NCBI GenBank assembly: GCA_020832985.1
Contig: JAJHRE010000003.1
Coordinates: 1-57,276 of the forward strand
From: Desulfurococcaceae archaeon
Lineage (GTDB): Archaea > Thermoproteota > Thermoprotei_A > Sulfolobales > NBVN01
Direction of reading: 5' to 3'
DNA: 57,276 nt
Shown in pieces: positions 45,744-55,246 of this stretch; the stretch's first letter is position 1; each line of letters opens with the position of its first letter. Made by a program: the position numbers and the translations under genes. The notes beneath the pieces are model-generated. The model had not been told where the DNA came from. It made no database searches and worked only from the letters and a program-made list of their open reading frames with translations.

Positions 45744-46529
45744 CCCCTTCAACCAAACAACTCTCTGTGGGTAGGGTATCTCAATACCTACAGCTTCTAA
45801 CGCCTCCTTAACCTCCCTGATGATCTCCCTCCTAACAGTCCAGAACTCCTGTGAGGGTACCCAGAATAACACCTTTATGATGATGGCGGAATCACCTAAG
45901 GAATCAACTATTAGTACTGGTTGAGGTTCTGCTAGTACTAACTCCTTACTATCTAGTAAACTCCTGATGACTTCCAACGCCTTACTAATATTTGAAGTAT
46001 ATGATATAGGTACTGATATATCTACCCTCCTAGCTATAGACCTTGAGAAGTTATAGATCTTAGATGACATTAAATCGTTATTAGGTATGGTTAGTACCTC
46101 ACCACTCCATAACCTAATCTGAGTTGACATAAGACCTATAGACTCAATAACACCCCAATCATCTCCTACCCTAACAGAATCTCCTACCCTAACCCTACCC
46201 TCTAGTAGTAGAGATATACCTGAGAAGAACTGACTTAAGACTTGCTGAGTTGCTAAACCAATCACTATACCTGTAAAACCTACAGCTACTAACAGACCTG
46301 ATAACTCAATACCTAATATGGATAACACTATTAAGAAGCCTAAGACTAGGATAGATACCCTAAGCGCTCTAGAAATGTTATGTATAACTTCAGGAGGTGC
46401 CTTCAACCTCAACCTCATAACGTAATTACTTAACACTATGCCTAAGTAGTAAGATACTGCTATAACGATAACCGATATTAAGATCCGAGGCAGTAGTGGT
46501 GAACCAGTAATTAATGATATGATGTCCAT
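45729..46529 (-). CDS. Small-conductance mechanosensitive channel (MscS family)
   Basis: Three N-terminal TM helices followed by LLLEGRVRVGDSVRVGDDWGVIESIGLMSTQIRLWSGEVLTIPN, the MscS beta-domain signature. Confidence 0.8.
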   Translation of the reverse strand: MDIISLITGSPLLPRILISVIVIAVSYYLGIVLSNYVMRLRLKAPPEVIHNISRALRVSILVLGFLIVLSILGIELSGLLVAVGFTGIVIGLATQQVLSQFFSGISLLLEGRVRVGDSVRVGDDWGVIESIGLMSTQIRLWSGEVLTIPNNDLMSSKIYNFSRSIARRVDISVPISYTSNISKALEVIRSLLDSKELVLAEPQPVLIVDSLGDSAIIIKVLFWVPSQEFWTVRREIIREVKEALEAVGIEIPYPQRVVWLKGSGSR

Positions 46530-46531
46530 AG

Positions 46532-47218
46532 TTAAGCACCGTACATCATCACATACGTTAACTCCTTACCACTACTTCGATACTTAAACTTCACCTCCCT
46601 ACTTACTGAGGGTTTATCCTTCGTATATACTTCAATACGGTTCTTATCAGTAGCTCTAACCTCAACTACGTTGAAGAATATCTCACCATCATATGTTAAG
46701 TATGTTATTAAGCCGTTTATGGGTATGACTACCCTACTAACACTTAATACAGTATCTAGTACTGAGTTAACGATCATATTAATACTGCCTAAGACCTTAG
46801 GACTTACTGTGTTGATTACCCCATGATCAACATATCTACAGAGGACTCCTAAATCTGGAGGTCCGTAAAGTGCGTACTTAACCTTACTTAAAGGTACTGA
46901 ATCAACTAAGGAATTACCTACGTAAACACCTAAATCCACAGGTATCTTAACCTCTAACGTCATTGAAGACTTAGGTATTAGGGTTATAGGTTCTGAGAAT
47001 TTAATGAGTATGTAGTCAACATTTATTGAGGTACCTGATGGTGGTAGAGGTCTTAAACTTAATGTAGAGTCCTCCCCAACGTTTAAGACCTTAGACGCTC
47101 TATAGCCGTTAACATCTTTAGTAATCCTCAGTAAGTCCTTACTAACTCTCTTAAATACTAACCTACCGTTAGGTAGATCTACAACCTCCTCATTTACTAC
47201 CCTATAATCATAGTACAT
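46532..47218 (-). CDS. Hypothetical soluble protein
   Basis: 228-aa ORF tightly packed (2-nt gap) upstream of the MscS gene. No family confidently recognised. Confidence 0.45.
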   Translation of the reverse strand: MYYDYRVVNEEVVDLPNGRLVFKRVSKDLLRITKDVNGYRASKVLNVGEDSTLSLRPLPPSGTSINVDYILIKFSEPITLIPKSSMTLEVKIPVDLGVYVGNSLVDSVPLSKVKYALYGPPDLGVLCRYVDHGVINTVSPKVLGSINMIVNSVLDTVLSVSRVVIPINGLITYLTYDGEIFFNVVEVRATDKNRIEVYTKDKPSVSREVKFKYRSSGKELTYVMMYGA

Positions 47219-47314
47219 GTAGTATCCCCAGCATAAGATGGTGTTGTTTAGTAAGGGCTAGTACTCCAGTAATACTTACTTAAGACTTATAAAAACTTAA
47301 TTAAATGTTATGGA

Positions 47315-48439
47315 TTAAGCTATCTTCGAAGCTATAGCACTAGCTAGTTCGTAGGTCTTAGCTGAACCTCCTAAGTCAGGTGTTAATACCTTACCCTCAC
47401 TAAGCACCCTATAAACAGCATCATTAATTGCTCTAGCAGCTCTAATACATGAGTCATCACTGTATTTAACCCCTAACCACTCAAACATTAGAGCTGCTGA
47501 TAATATCATGGATATCGGATTAGCTATACCCTTACCAGCTATATCGAATGCAGCACCATGTATAGGTTCGAATATTGCGTACTCATAACCTAAGTTACAT
47601 GACGGTGCTAAGCCTAAACTACCAGCTACTTGAGCAGCTTCATCAGATAGTATATCACCGAACATGTTTGTAGTCACTATAACGTCGAAGTTCTGAGGCT
47701 TCCTAACTAGGTTAGCTGCACATGCGTCAACGTACTGTTCCTCGTAGGTTACGTCTGGGTAGTTTCTAGCTACGTCTCTACATGCCTTAGCGAATAACCC
47801 GCATGTATGTCTAAGTACGTTTGACTTATGTACAGCTGTTACCTTCTTTCTCCTCCCACTAGCTATCTTGAAAGCTACTTCAGCAACTCTTTTAGATGCT
47901 TCGTAGGTTATCACCCTCAACGCTACAGCAGTGTTATTACTAATGTAGAATTCCAACCCCTTATACAGGTCTTCAGTATTCTCCCTAACAACTACTAAAT
48001 CAATATCACCTCTTAAAGCCTGTGTATTCGGGTAAGACTTAACAGGCCTTATATTAGCGAATAGATCAAGCATTATCCTCAACCTAACAATGACGTCAGC
48101 TGAAGTCTCACCTACAGGTGCTTTAAGACATGTATGGGATTTCCTAATGATATCTACAGATGATTGAGGTAATGCCTGACCATACTTACTTAACGCCCCA
48201 TCACCAGCCTCAACAAACCTCACATCAACTCTAATACCGTAGACATCCACAACCTTCTTAATAACCTCTAAAGTAGCTGAGGCTATCTCAGGACCTATAC
48301 CATCACCAGGGATTAAAGATATCACATACACATCAGGTCTTAAATACCTACCCCCATACAAGTCCTTAAGAGCACCTAACACAGAGTACAGGTCAACCAC
48401 CTCAAAATACCTAGAAGCAAGTTTAAAATATCTTAACAT
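47315..48439 (-). CDS. Isopropylmalate/homoisocitrate/isocitrate dehydrogenase family enzyme; the true start is probably downstream of 48439
   Basis: IPGDGIGPEI, VVVRENTEDLY and NMFGDILSDEAAQVAGSLGLAPS are family signatures. The conserved domain begins ~40 aa after the annotated Met, and in-frame GTG codons precede VISLIPGDG. Confidence 0.8.
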   Translation of the reverse strand: MLRYFKLASRYFEVVDLYSVLGALKDLYGGRYLRPDVYVISLIPGDGIGPEIASATLEVIKKVVDVYGIRVDVRFVEAGDGALSKYGQALPQSSVDIIRKSHTCLKAPVGETSADVIVRLRIMLDLFANIRPVKSYPNTQALRGDIDLVVVRENTEDLYKGLEFYISNNTAVALRVITYEASKRVAEVAFKIASGRRKKVTAVHKSNVLRHTCGLFAKACRDVARNYPDVTYEEQYVDACAANLVRKPQNFDVIVTTNMFGDILSDEAAQVAGSLGLAPSCNLGYEYAIFEPIHGAAFDIAGKGIANPISMILSAALMFEWLGVKYSDDSCIRAARAINDAVYRVLSEGKVLTPDLGGSAKTYELASAIASKIA

Positions 48440-48542
48440 GTTAGAGGTTCTGTAAACCCTTAAGTATCGGTATTTAAGCTTTATCTGATTAGTTAATGAA
48501 GGTAGGAACTACATGCCAGTAGATAAAGATTTAATTGATATG

Positions 48543-48799
48543 AGCGTTTCCCCGCTTTCAATATCTACGGGGTTGGGCCTTGGTGTGGGTTCATTAGCTT
48601 CACCCACACCTCATGGGCCCTAGTCGAGCCTAACGCCATGAGGCTCCCATCTGAGGGTGTAGGTTCATCACTACTCAGTACACCTCACCGCAGTGCGGAT
48701 CATAGGGTCCAAGTAATTATGGATTCCTAAATATTTAAACATTACTCTAAGAACCAGATATCTACAGCTATTTAAACTTACCATCAGATCTGTAGCAGC
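48543..48799 (-). mobile_element. Copy B of the promoter-plus-structured-RNA module (inverted relative to copy A), intergenic
   Basis: The reverse complement aligns end to end with 21546-21776. The ~135-nt core has about 5 substitutions. It has an extra ~40 nt with a second TATA (minus-strand GTTTAAATAT, 48731-48740) and a shorter terminal hairpin loop. The K-loop motif is at 48665-48678. Confidence 0.75.
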
Positions 48800-48872
48800 C
48801 TTTCACCCCTCTTATACAATCATCTTAGTAAGGATTAATAATAAATATTTAATTACTTAGCAGGAGGGATAT

Positions 48873-49274
48873 GTGAGGTTAATGGTTAGGGAAGAAGCTT
48901 TACTATGGTTTAAACAGGGTGAGCATGATTTAAGGAAAGCATATAATGATTTAATCACTCAGGATTGGGATTCAGCTGCTTTTTGGTCTCAACAAGCTGC
49001 TGAGAAGGTGTTAAAGGCATTATTATTAAATGCTGGTATTACATTTAGAGGGCATAACCTCCTCGAAATAGCTGAGGTTATTGAGAAGGAATTAAGGTTA
49101 GAGGTTAAGGAGTTAATGAATGACCTTAGAGAACTTACCACACACTACATAATATCCAGGTACCCTAATGCGGCTAATGCATTACCCTACCAGCTCTATA
49201 CTTATGATAAAGCTAAAGATCTTGTTGAGAGGGCTAGGAGGGTGGTGGAGTGGGTAAGGCAGTATCTGCGTTAA
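48873..49274 (+). CDS. HEPN-domain protein (toxin-like partner of a HEPN-MNT pair)
   Basis: WFKQGEHDLRKA...SQQAAEKVLKALL...HNL...THYIISRYP is the classic archaeal HEPN (PF05168-type) pattern. Confidence 0.75.
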   Translation: MRLMVREEALLWFKQGEHDLRKAYNDLITQDWDSAAFWSQQAAEKVLKALLLNAGITFRGHNLLEIAEVIEKELRLEVKELMNDLRELTTHYIISRYPNAANALPYQLYTYDKAKDLVERARRVVEWVRQYLR

Positions 49275-49594
49275 GGTCTCAGGTTGAGGCTTTAGAGAGG
49301 GCTAGGAGGTTCGCAGCTAAGGTTAGGGAGAAGTGTAGGGTGCTCGGACTCGAAGTTATCGGTATTTACTTAGTAGGTAGTAGGGCTCGTGGGGATTACT
49401 TAATTGACAGTGATATCGATATAGTTGTAGTAGTTAGAGGTGTGAAGCATTTAAACATTATTGAGAGGTTAGAGTTATTTAAGGACTTACTAGAACCTCG
49501 TATAGATTTAAGGGTATATGATGTTGAGGAATGGGTCTGTAGTGAGAGTTCCTGGATAAGACAGTTAAGGAGTGAAGCTGTAGATATAGGTTAG
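49250..49594 (+). CDS. Minimal nucleotidyltransferase (MNT, antitoxin-like partner)
   Basis: IYLVGSRARGDYLIDSDIDIVVV is the GS-X9-DxD polymerase-beta-type NTase motif. It overlaps the HEPN gene by 25 nt. Confidence 0.75.
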   Translation: MGKAVSALRSQVEALERARRFAAKVREKCRVLGLEVIGIYLVGSRARGDYLIDSDIDIVVVVRGVKHLNIIERLELFKDLLEPRIDLRVYDVEEWVCSESSWIRQLRSEAVDIG

Positions 49595-49600
49595 TCCTCA

Positions 49601-51163
49601 TCAAGGGTATTCAATACTGAGTGCTAACCCATCACCTCTAATGTCTGAAGCCCCGACCTTAATACTACCTAGGAACTCAACTACTGCAGCTACACCCAAC
49701 CTACTTGGGTAATTAACCCTACGTACCTTCACACCACCCACCCCTACCGTGTCAACACCCTCCTCAACTATTAACTCATCAGTGCTTAAGTCCCATAAGA
49801 ACCTAGGTAATTCTACAGCTTTCTGTACATCTAATCCGTAATCTACTAAACTAGTAATTAACTCTACATGTATTTGAGGTCTGTAATGACCTCCTGAAGT
49901 ACCTAAAACCCACTTTAAACTACCTCTAGAGTCGAATATGATGGTCGTGGATAGTGTGTGTAGTGGGTATTTCCTAGGTGCTAATTCATTAACATCACCA
50001 TGAATTAACGTAAATGATGACCCCCTACAATTCAGTGTTATCCCGTACTTAGGCTCCGTAATACCTGATCCGAAGGCGTAGAATATACTCTGTATCCCGG
50101 AAACTACATTACCTTCCCTATCAACTACTACATAGTATGTGGTATCACCTAATGATGTGTTAAGCCTCCGTCCTACATTAGCTGAAGTACCTTCAAACTC
50201 TGTGAGTAACTCATTAATTACTTCAGGACCTAGTAAGTCCTTACTAACATACCTAGGATCACATACGTACTTATCTCTAACCTTGTAAGCAGCTTTAAAA
50301 CACTTAAGGAATAACTTAACCTCATCACTACTTAATAACTTAACATTACTTAAGTCAGTAGTAGATAGTAGTTTAAGTATGTGTAGTGTGGTGATTCCTT
50401 GAGTATTCGGTGGTGTCTCAAATACTTGATAACCCCTATAATCAGTTCTTAAAGGCTCACCCCAAAACGACCTATAATCCCTAAAATCATCTAACTCTAT
50501 AAAACCACCCTTACTCCTTAAGTAATTAACTATGGATTCAGCTATATCACCCTCATAGAAGTTCCTGTAGTCCTCAGCTACTAGTCTTAACGCCCTACCT
50601 AAGTTAGGGTATTTAACCCACTTACCGATACCTACATCATATGTTAAGTAAGTATTTTTAGACCCTTCATCCCTAGCCAACAACTCGTAATTCTCCTTAA
50701 CAGCCTTAACTAATGATGGGTATTGAGGGAATCCATCCTCAGCAAGTCTTATGGAAGGACTCACCAACTCACCCCACTCAATACTCCCGAACCTCCTCCA
50801 CATATTATGTAGTGCATCAACCATCCCCGGAATAGTTACGGAATATGGGGAATGTGGGGGTATTTCCTTAAGACCTAACATTCTTAAGTAGTCTGGGTTT
50901 AAGGACCTCGGTGAGTAACCACTACCGTTTATGAAGTATACCTTCCCCTCACTAGCTATGTATATTAATGCGAAGTAATCACCACCTAAACCACTTAACT
51001 GTGGTTGAAGTACGCTTAACGCGAATGAAGTTGCTACAGCAGCGTCTACAGCATTACCACCACTACTTAATACCTTAGCACCTACTACAGAAGCTAGTGG
51101 GTGTTCAGAGACTACTAAACCTGTACTACTTATGAATGGTGTCTTAAACATAGTGTCAACCAT
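49601..51163 (-). CDS. ggt: Gamma-glutamyltranspeptidase
   Basis: GGNAVDAAVA near the N-terminus, autoprocessing/nucleophile site GDTTYYVVVD, and a C-terminal GASDIRGDG. Confidence 0.85.
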   Translation of the reverse strand: MVDTMFKTPFISSTGLVVSEHPLASVVGAKVLSSGGNAVDAAVATSFALSVLQPQLSGLGGDYFALIYIASEGKVYFINGSGYSPRSLNPDYLRMLGLKEIPPHSPYSVTIPGMVDALHNMWRRFGSIEWGELVSPSIRLAEDGFPQYPSLVKAVKENYELLARDEGSKNTYLTYDVGIGKWVKYPNLGRALRLVAEDYRNFYEGDIAESIVNYLRSKGGFIELDDFRDYRSFWGEPLRTDYRGYQVFETPPNTQGITTLHILKLLSTTDLSNVKLLSSDEVKLFLKCFKAAYKVRDKYVCDPRYVSKDLLGPEVINELLTEFEGTSANVGRRLNTSLGDTTYYVVVDREGNVVSGIQSIFYAFGSGITEPKYGITLNCRGSSFTLIHGDVNELAPRKYPLHTLSTTIIFDSRGSLKWVLGTSGGHYRPQIHVELITSLVDYGLDVQKAVELPRFLWDLSTDELIVEEGVDTVGVGGVKVRRVNYPSRLGVAAVVEFLGSIKVGASDIRGDGLALSIEYP

Positions 51164-51209
51164 ATAATCACTACCATATAATTTTTAAACCTAGAATAAG
51201 TGAATTATT

Positions 51210-52424
51210 TTGTCGCGGGGATCGACAATAATACTTAACCCTATCTACGCTACCGTAGTAGCTATAGTAACGCTCTTCACATTACTCTACTTTAGGGTGA
51301 ATCTAGCGGTAGCGTTACTAATGTCATCACTTACGTTAGCGGTACTTACTTTAAACCCATACCAGATACTAACAGCTCACTATATGACAGGTATCAGACC
51401 TATAAACATTGACGTCATAGTCTCCAGTGCTGTCATAGCCATCATGGCTAACATCTATAAGGAGTCCAACGTCATCACTAAGTTAAGTAATGCGTTACTG
51501 ACAGTGCTTAAGAAGGTATGGTTAACGATATCCTTAATCCCAGCACTCTTCGGACTCTTACCAGTACCTGGAGGTGCTCTAATGTCAGCACCTTTAGTTT
51601 CTGAAATCTCTAGAAATATTAATTTAGATTCTAATAAAGCAGCATATGTTAATATATGGTTTAGACATTTAATAGCACCTATATACCCACTGACACAGGT
51701 AATAATATTGACTGCAGCACTCTCAGGTTTTAACGCTGCTCAAATAGCACTGTATAACATACCGTTAGCTCTGGTGATGTATGTTGTTGGGTTTATACCG
51801 GTACGTAGGGAGTTAAGGAATACCTCAGTAAGTATTGTGAGGGAGTCAGTAAGTAACTTACTCTATATAATACCCCTACTAGTAGCTGTATTCATAGTTG
51901 TGTTAGGGGTCAACATAATCACAGCTGTGTTGTTAGGACTGATATCCTTGATCATCTTAGTAAGACCTAGTAAGTCATTACTACTTAAATCGACATTAAG
52001 TAAGGACGTACTCATGGTTGTATTAACGAGTTATGCAGCGTTATCGATTCGTGAGGTGTTGATGATGAGTGGATTTCCTGAGTTATTCACATCATTATTT
52101 ACTGACTTACCATCAACATTCCTTACAGTATCTATAATAGCTATATCAATGCTTTTAGGGTTTGTGTTAGGTGTTCCTACAGGTGCGTTAGCAATTACAG
52201 TACCGCTCATTACTAACGTAACACATAGTATTGAATTTGTAAGTCTTACCTTAATACTTACCTACCTCAGCTATATGGTATCCCCATCACATCTATGTCT
52301 AGTACTTACGCTTAAGTTCTTTAAGGTAGACCTACACAGCATTTACAAGTACTTACTACCAACTACTTTCTTAACCTTCATCTTGATGGTAATTACACAT
52401 CTACTAATATCCACCTTCCTCTAA
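51210..52424 (+). CDS. Polytopic membrane protein (DUF401-like permease)
   Basis: 404 aa with ~11 TM helices and an LPVPGGALMSAP motif. The family assignment is tentative. Confidence 0.5.
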   Translation: MSRGSTIILNPIYATVVAIVTLFTLLYFRVNLAVALLMSSLTLAVLTLNPYQILTAHYMTGIRPINIDVIVSSAVIAIMANIYKESNVITKLSNALLTVLKKVWLTISLIPALFGLLPVPGGALMSAPLVSEISRNINLDSNKAAYVNIWFRHLIAPIYPLTQVIILTAALSGFNAAQIALYNIPLALVMYVVGFIPVRRELRNTSVSIVRESVSNLLYIIPLLVAVFIVVLGVNIITAVLLGLISLIILVRPSKSLLLKSTLSKDVLMVVLTSYAALSIREVLMMSGFPELFTSLFTDLPSTFLTVSIIAISMLLGFVLGVPTGALAITVPLITNVTHSIEFVSLTLILTYLSYMVSPSHLCLVLTLKFFKVDLHSIYKYLLPTTFLTFILMVITHLLISTFL

Positions 52425-52482
52425 ATAGAATTAACTTTATATTTCAGGTATAGTTAAATTACGTGGAGGTTATGTAGGTTAT

Positions 52483-53574
52483 ATGAGGGCTGTGATACTA
52501 GCCGGTGGGTTTGCAACACGTTTAAGACCTCTAACACTTACTAAGCCTAAACCCCTACTCCCTATACTGGATAGGCCTTTACTTGATTGGATAATTACGT
52601 CATTAGTTGATAGTGGGTTTAAGGAGATCATAATATCTGTGAAGTACTTAGCAGACGCTATTAAGAACTTCTGTAATAGTAAGTACTCCAGTGATAACAT
52701 ATTATTTACTGAGGAACGAATACCTTTAGGTGATGCTGGGCCGTTAAGACTCATCAATAATGTCTACGGACTTAACTCTACATTCTTAGTAGTTTACGGT
52801 GATGTATTCTCTAACGTAGATTATGGGAAGGTCCTAGAATTCCATAAAAAGCATTCTGGGTTAGCAACTATGGTCGTAACTAGAGTTGATGATCCGTCAA
52901 GATATGGTGTAGTAGTTCTTGATGATTCAGGTAAGGTTGTTAACTTCGTTGAGAAACCACATAAGAAGGAAGCGTTATCAAATATAGTTAATGCAGGTAT
53001 ATATGTGTTCGAGCCTGAAGTGATTAAGTACGTACCTGAGAAACCGTCGAAACTAGCTAGGGATGTAATACCTAAACTAGTTAGTGAGGGTTTACTCTAC
53101 GCATACGTTCATGAGGGTATATGGTCGGATATTGGACTACCTTCAGACTACCTTAAAGCTAATTTCGAAGCGTTAAGGTATTACTACCCTAACGGCTACA
53201 TATCAAGTGAATCTCTAGTAGATGGTGCTGAGGTGATACAGCCGACGTACATATCAGCGAATGTGAGGTTAGGTAATCTATGTAGGGTGGGTCCCTACGT
53301 AGTCATAGGTAGGGACTCAGTAATAGGTCCTGCCGTCAGGATCAGGAATAGCCTACTATTCAATAACGTAGTAGTTGATGAGGGTTCAATGATAAGTTAT
53401 GCGTTAATCGGTGAGAGGAGTTTAATAGGTAAGTGGGTTAGGATTGAACCTGAGTCAGTGATAGGTGATGAAGTGGTTATCAGGGATGAGGTCTTAATAC
53501 CTAAGAAGACTGTAATACTACCTTATAAAGAGGTTGACTCAAGCATTGAGAATGAAGGCTCAGTAATACTATGA
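52483..53574 (+). CDS. Sugar-1-phosphate nucleotidyltransferase with a C-terminal left-handed beta-helix domain
   Basis: N-terminal AVILAGGFATRLRPLT (GxGxRLxPLT), a VEKP motif, and C-terminal hexapeptide repeats. Confidence 0.8.
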   Translation: MRAVILAGGFATRLRPLTLTKPKPLLPILDRPLLDWIITSLVDSGFKEIIISVKYLADAIKNFCNSKYSSDNILFTEERIPLGDAGPLRLINNVYGLNSTFLVVYGDVFSNVDYGKVLEFHKKHSGLATMVVTRVDDPSRYGVVVLDDSGKVVNFVEKPHKKEALSNIVNAGIYVFEPEVIKYVPEKPSKLARDVIPKLVSEGLLYAYVHEGIWSDIGLPSDYLKANFEALRYYYPNGYISSESLVDGAEVIQPTYISANVRLGNLCRVGPYVVIGRDSVIGPAVRIRNSLLFNNVVVDEGSMISYALIGERSLIGKWVRIEPESVIGDEVVIRDEVLIPKKTVILPYKEVDSSIENEGSVIL

Positions 53575-54309
53575 CCAACTACCTAACCACTCACTACATA
53601 ATGGTAAGTCAGTATCCTCTAAATACACATTACCCTGACCATCCATAAACATAGATACAGCCCTAACACTCACACCAACCCTAACACACTCCCTAACCAA
53701 CTCATCAATTACAGCATCACCATCCCTATAAGGCTTAAAACATCGAGGGTTCGGGAATGCAGCTATGAATATCAGGTAGGTCTTCATACCTGAAGTACTT
53801 AACTCTATCAACTTCATTAACTGCTTACGACCTCTTAATGTAGGGCAGTCAGGATACATAGCTTCATTATTACTACCTCTAAACTCAGCACTCTTAATCT
53901 CTACTACAGCATATCCATCATCACATCTAATTAGGTAGTCGAATACTACTGAATCATACTTAGGATTCCTCCTAACTATGAAGCAGTCACTGAGGTAGTT
54001 AATGAGTTTTAACTTTAAAGCCTCCTCAAACGCTTTACTCTGTGTTAAGGTATCAACTATACCGTATTGATTGTCGTAGAACTCAATACCTACTAACCTA
54101 TACTTAAGCTTCCTACCACTTATAGGTTTTAGTAAAGCTCTATAACCACTAACTAATACGTCTTTAAGTCTACCGGTATTGGTGTTATGGACTACCTCTA
54201 ACCTACCCCCTAAATCCACTAAGACTTCAAACCTACTTAACCTACGAACTATATAACCTTTAACTAATCCATCAATACTCATTACCTTCCTATACATAGC
54301 TGACTTCAA
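53569..54309 (-). CDS. sfsA: SfsA (sugar fermentation stimulation protein homologue, nuclease-fold)
   Basis: GYIVRRLSRFEVLVDLGG..EVVHNTNTGRL at the N-terminus and VVEIKS in the C-terminal PD-(D/E)xK-like domain. Confidence 0.75.
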   Translation of the reverse strand: MKSAMYRKVMSIDGLVKGYIVRRLSRFEVLVDLGGRLEVVHNTNTGRLKDVLVSGYRALLKPISGRKLKYRLVGIEFYDNQYGIVDTLTQSKAFEEALKLKLINYLSDCFIVRRNPKYDSVVFDYLIRCDDGYAVVEIKSAEFRGSNNEAMYPDCPTLRGRKQLMKLIELSTSGMKTYLIFIAAFPNPRCFKPYRDGDAVIDELVRECVRVGVSVRAVSMFMDGQGNVYLEDTDLPLCSEWLGSWS

Positions 54310-54321
54310 CTAAGTCTAACT

Positions 54322-55011
54322 TCATGTGGTTTCCTCAGTAAATCTCCACTTCTTATTAACTGAGTCGTAATATATTACACCACCCTCCCATAGAGTCTTA
54401 AGTAGGTTGTAACCAGCCTTACCTAACTTCTCCCTAACTTCAGATTCATTATTAGTTGTTAAACCCTCTAACTTCTCCTTAAACTCATTCCAGAAGTTAG
54501 GTTCTACAGCTATTCTCTGACCTTTAGCCTCAAGTACTACAGCCCCCTCCCTCCTTAACTTATCGAAGAATGCATCCCTATTCCTAATCTTCGAAGCTAT
54601 ATCCTTCTCAAACATAACCTTCTGATCCCTAAGTACATCAATAGCTGACTTCTTAACCTCCTTAACCTGCTGAGTAGTTACTTGAGCTTCAGGCCTCACC
54701 TTAAGAGACCTAACCTCCTCCTCTAAAGTCTTAACCCTCTCAGACAAACTATCTAAAGTCTCAACAACATCACTTAACCTCCTAGCAACTTCATCAACCT
54801 TAGCTGTGAATGGGTTAACCATATCCTGAAGCAACCTCTGAACCCTACTTAAGTCTTGCTGAGTCTGAATTACCTGAACCTCACCACCAACTACATCTAG
54901 GATAAACTGCCTAACAGCATCCTCTACAGTAGATCCTGGATACTTCTTAATTATCTTCTCAATCACACTATACGGTAGGTCAACAACTACCTTAGGCACT
55001 CTAACCCACAC
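54322..55011 (-). CDS. Hypothetical coiled-coil protein
   Basis: 229-aa ORF with central heptad-like region VDEVARRLSDVVETLDSLSERVKTLEEEVRSLK. No family recognised. Confidence 0.45.
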   Translation of the reverse strand: MWVRVPKVVVDLPYSVIEKIIKKYPGSTVEDAVRQFILDVVGGEVQVIQTQQDLSRVQRLLQDMVNPFTAKVDEVARRLSDVVETLDSLSERVKTLEEEVRSLKVRPEAQVTTQQVKEVKKSAIDVLRDQKVMFEKDIASKIRNRDAFFDKLRREGAVVLEAKGQRIAVEPNFWNEFKEKLEGLTTNNESEVREKLGKAGYNLLKTLWEGGVIYYDSVNKKWRFTEETT

Positions 55012-55246
55012 TAAAACCTAAACTTCAATAATAATAAAGCTGACTCTCTAATCCTATAGGGAAGTTTAAAAATACGAAATCTTTAATAGGTGCTTAAGAC
55101 TTTTAATGTTGTGAGTATGCCAGTGCTGTATATTTATGAATACAATCCTAACGACTTATACGTTTCCTAAGTGACTTCAAATTCCGAAATTCGCAGGGTC
55201 AATCATGTTCAGTTGGTGGTGAATACCTACCCTAGAAGTCATCTAG

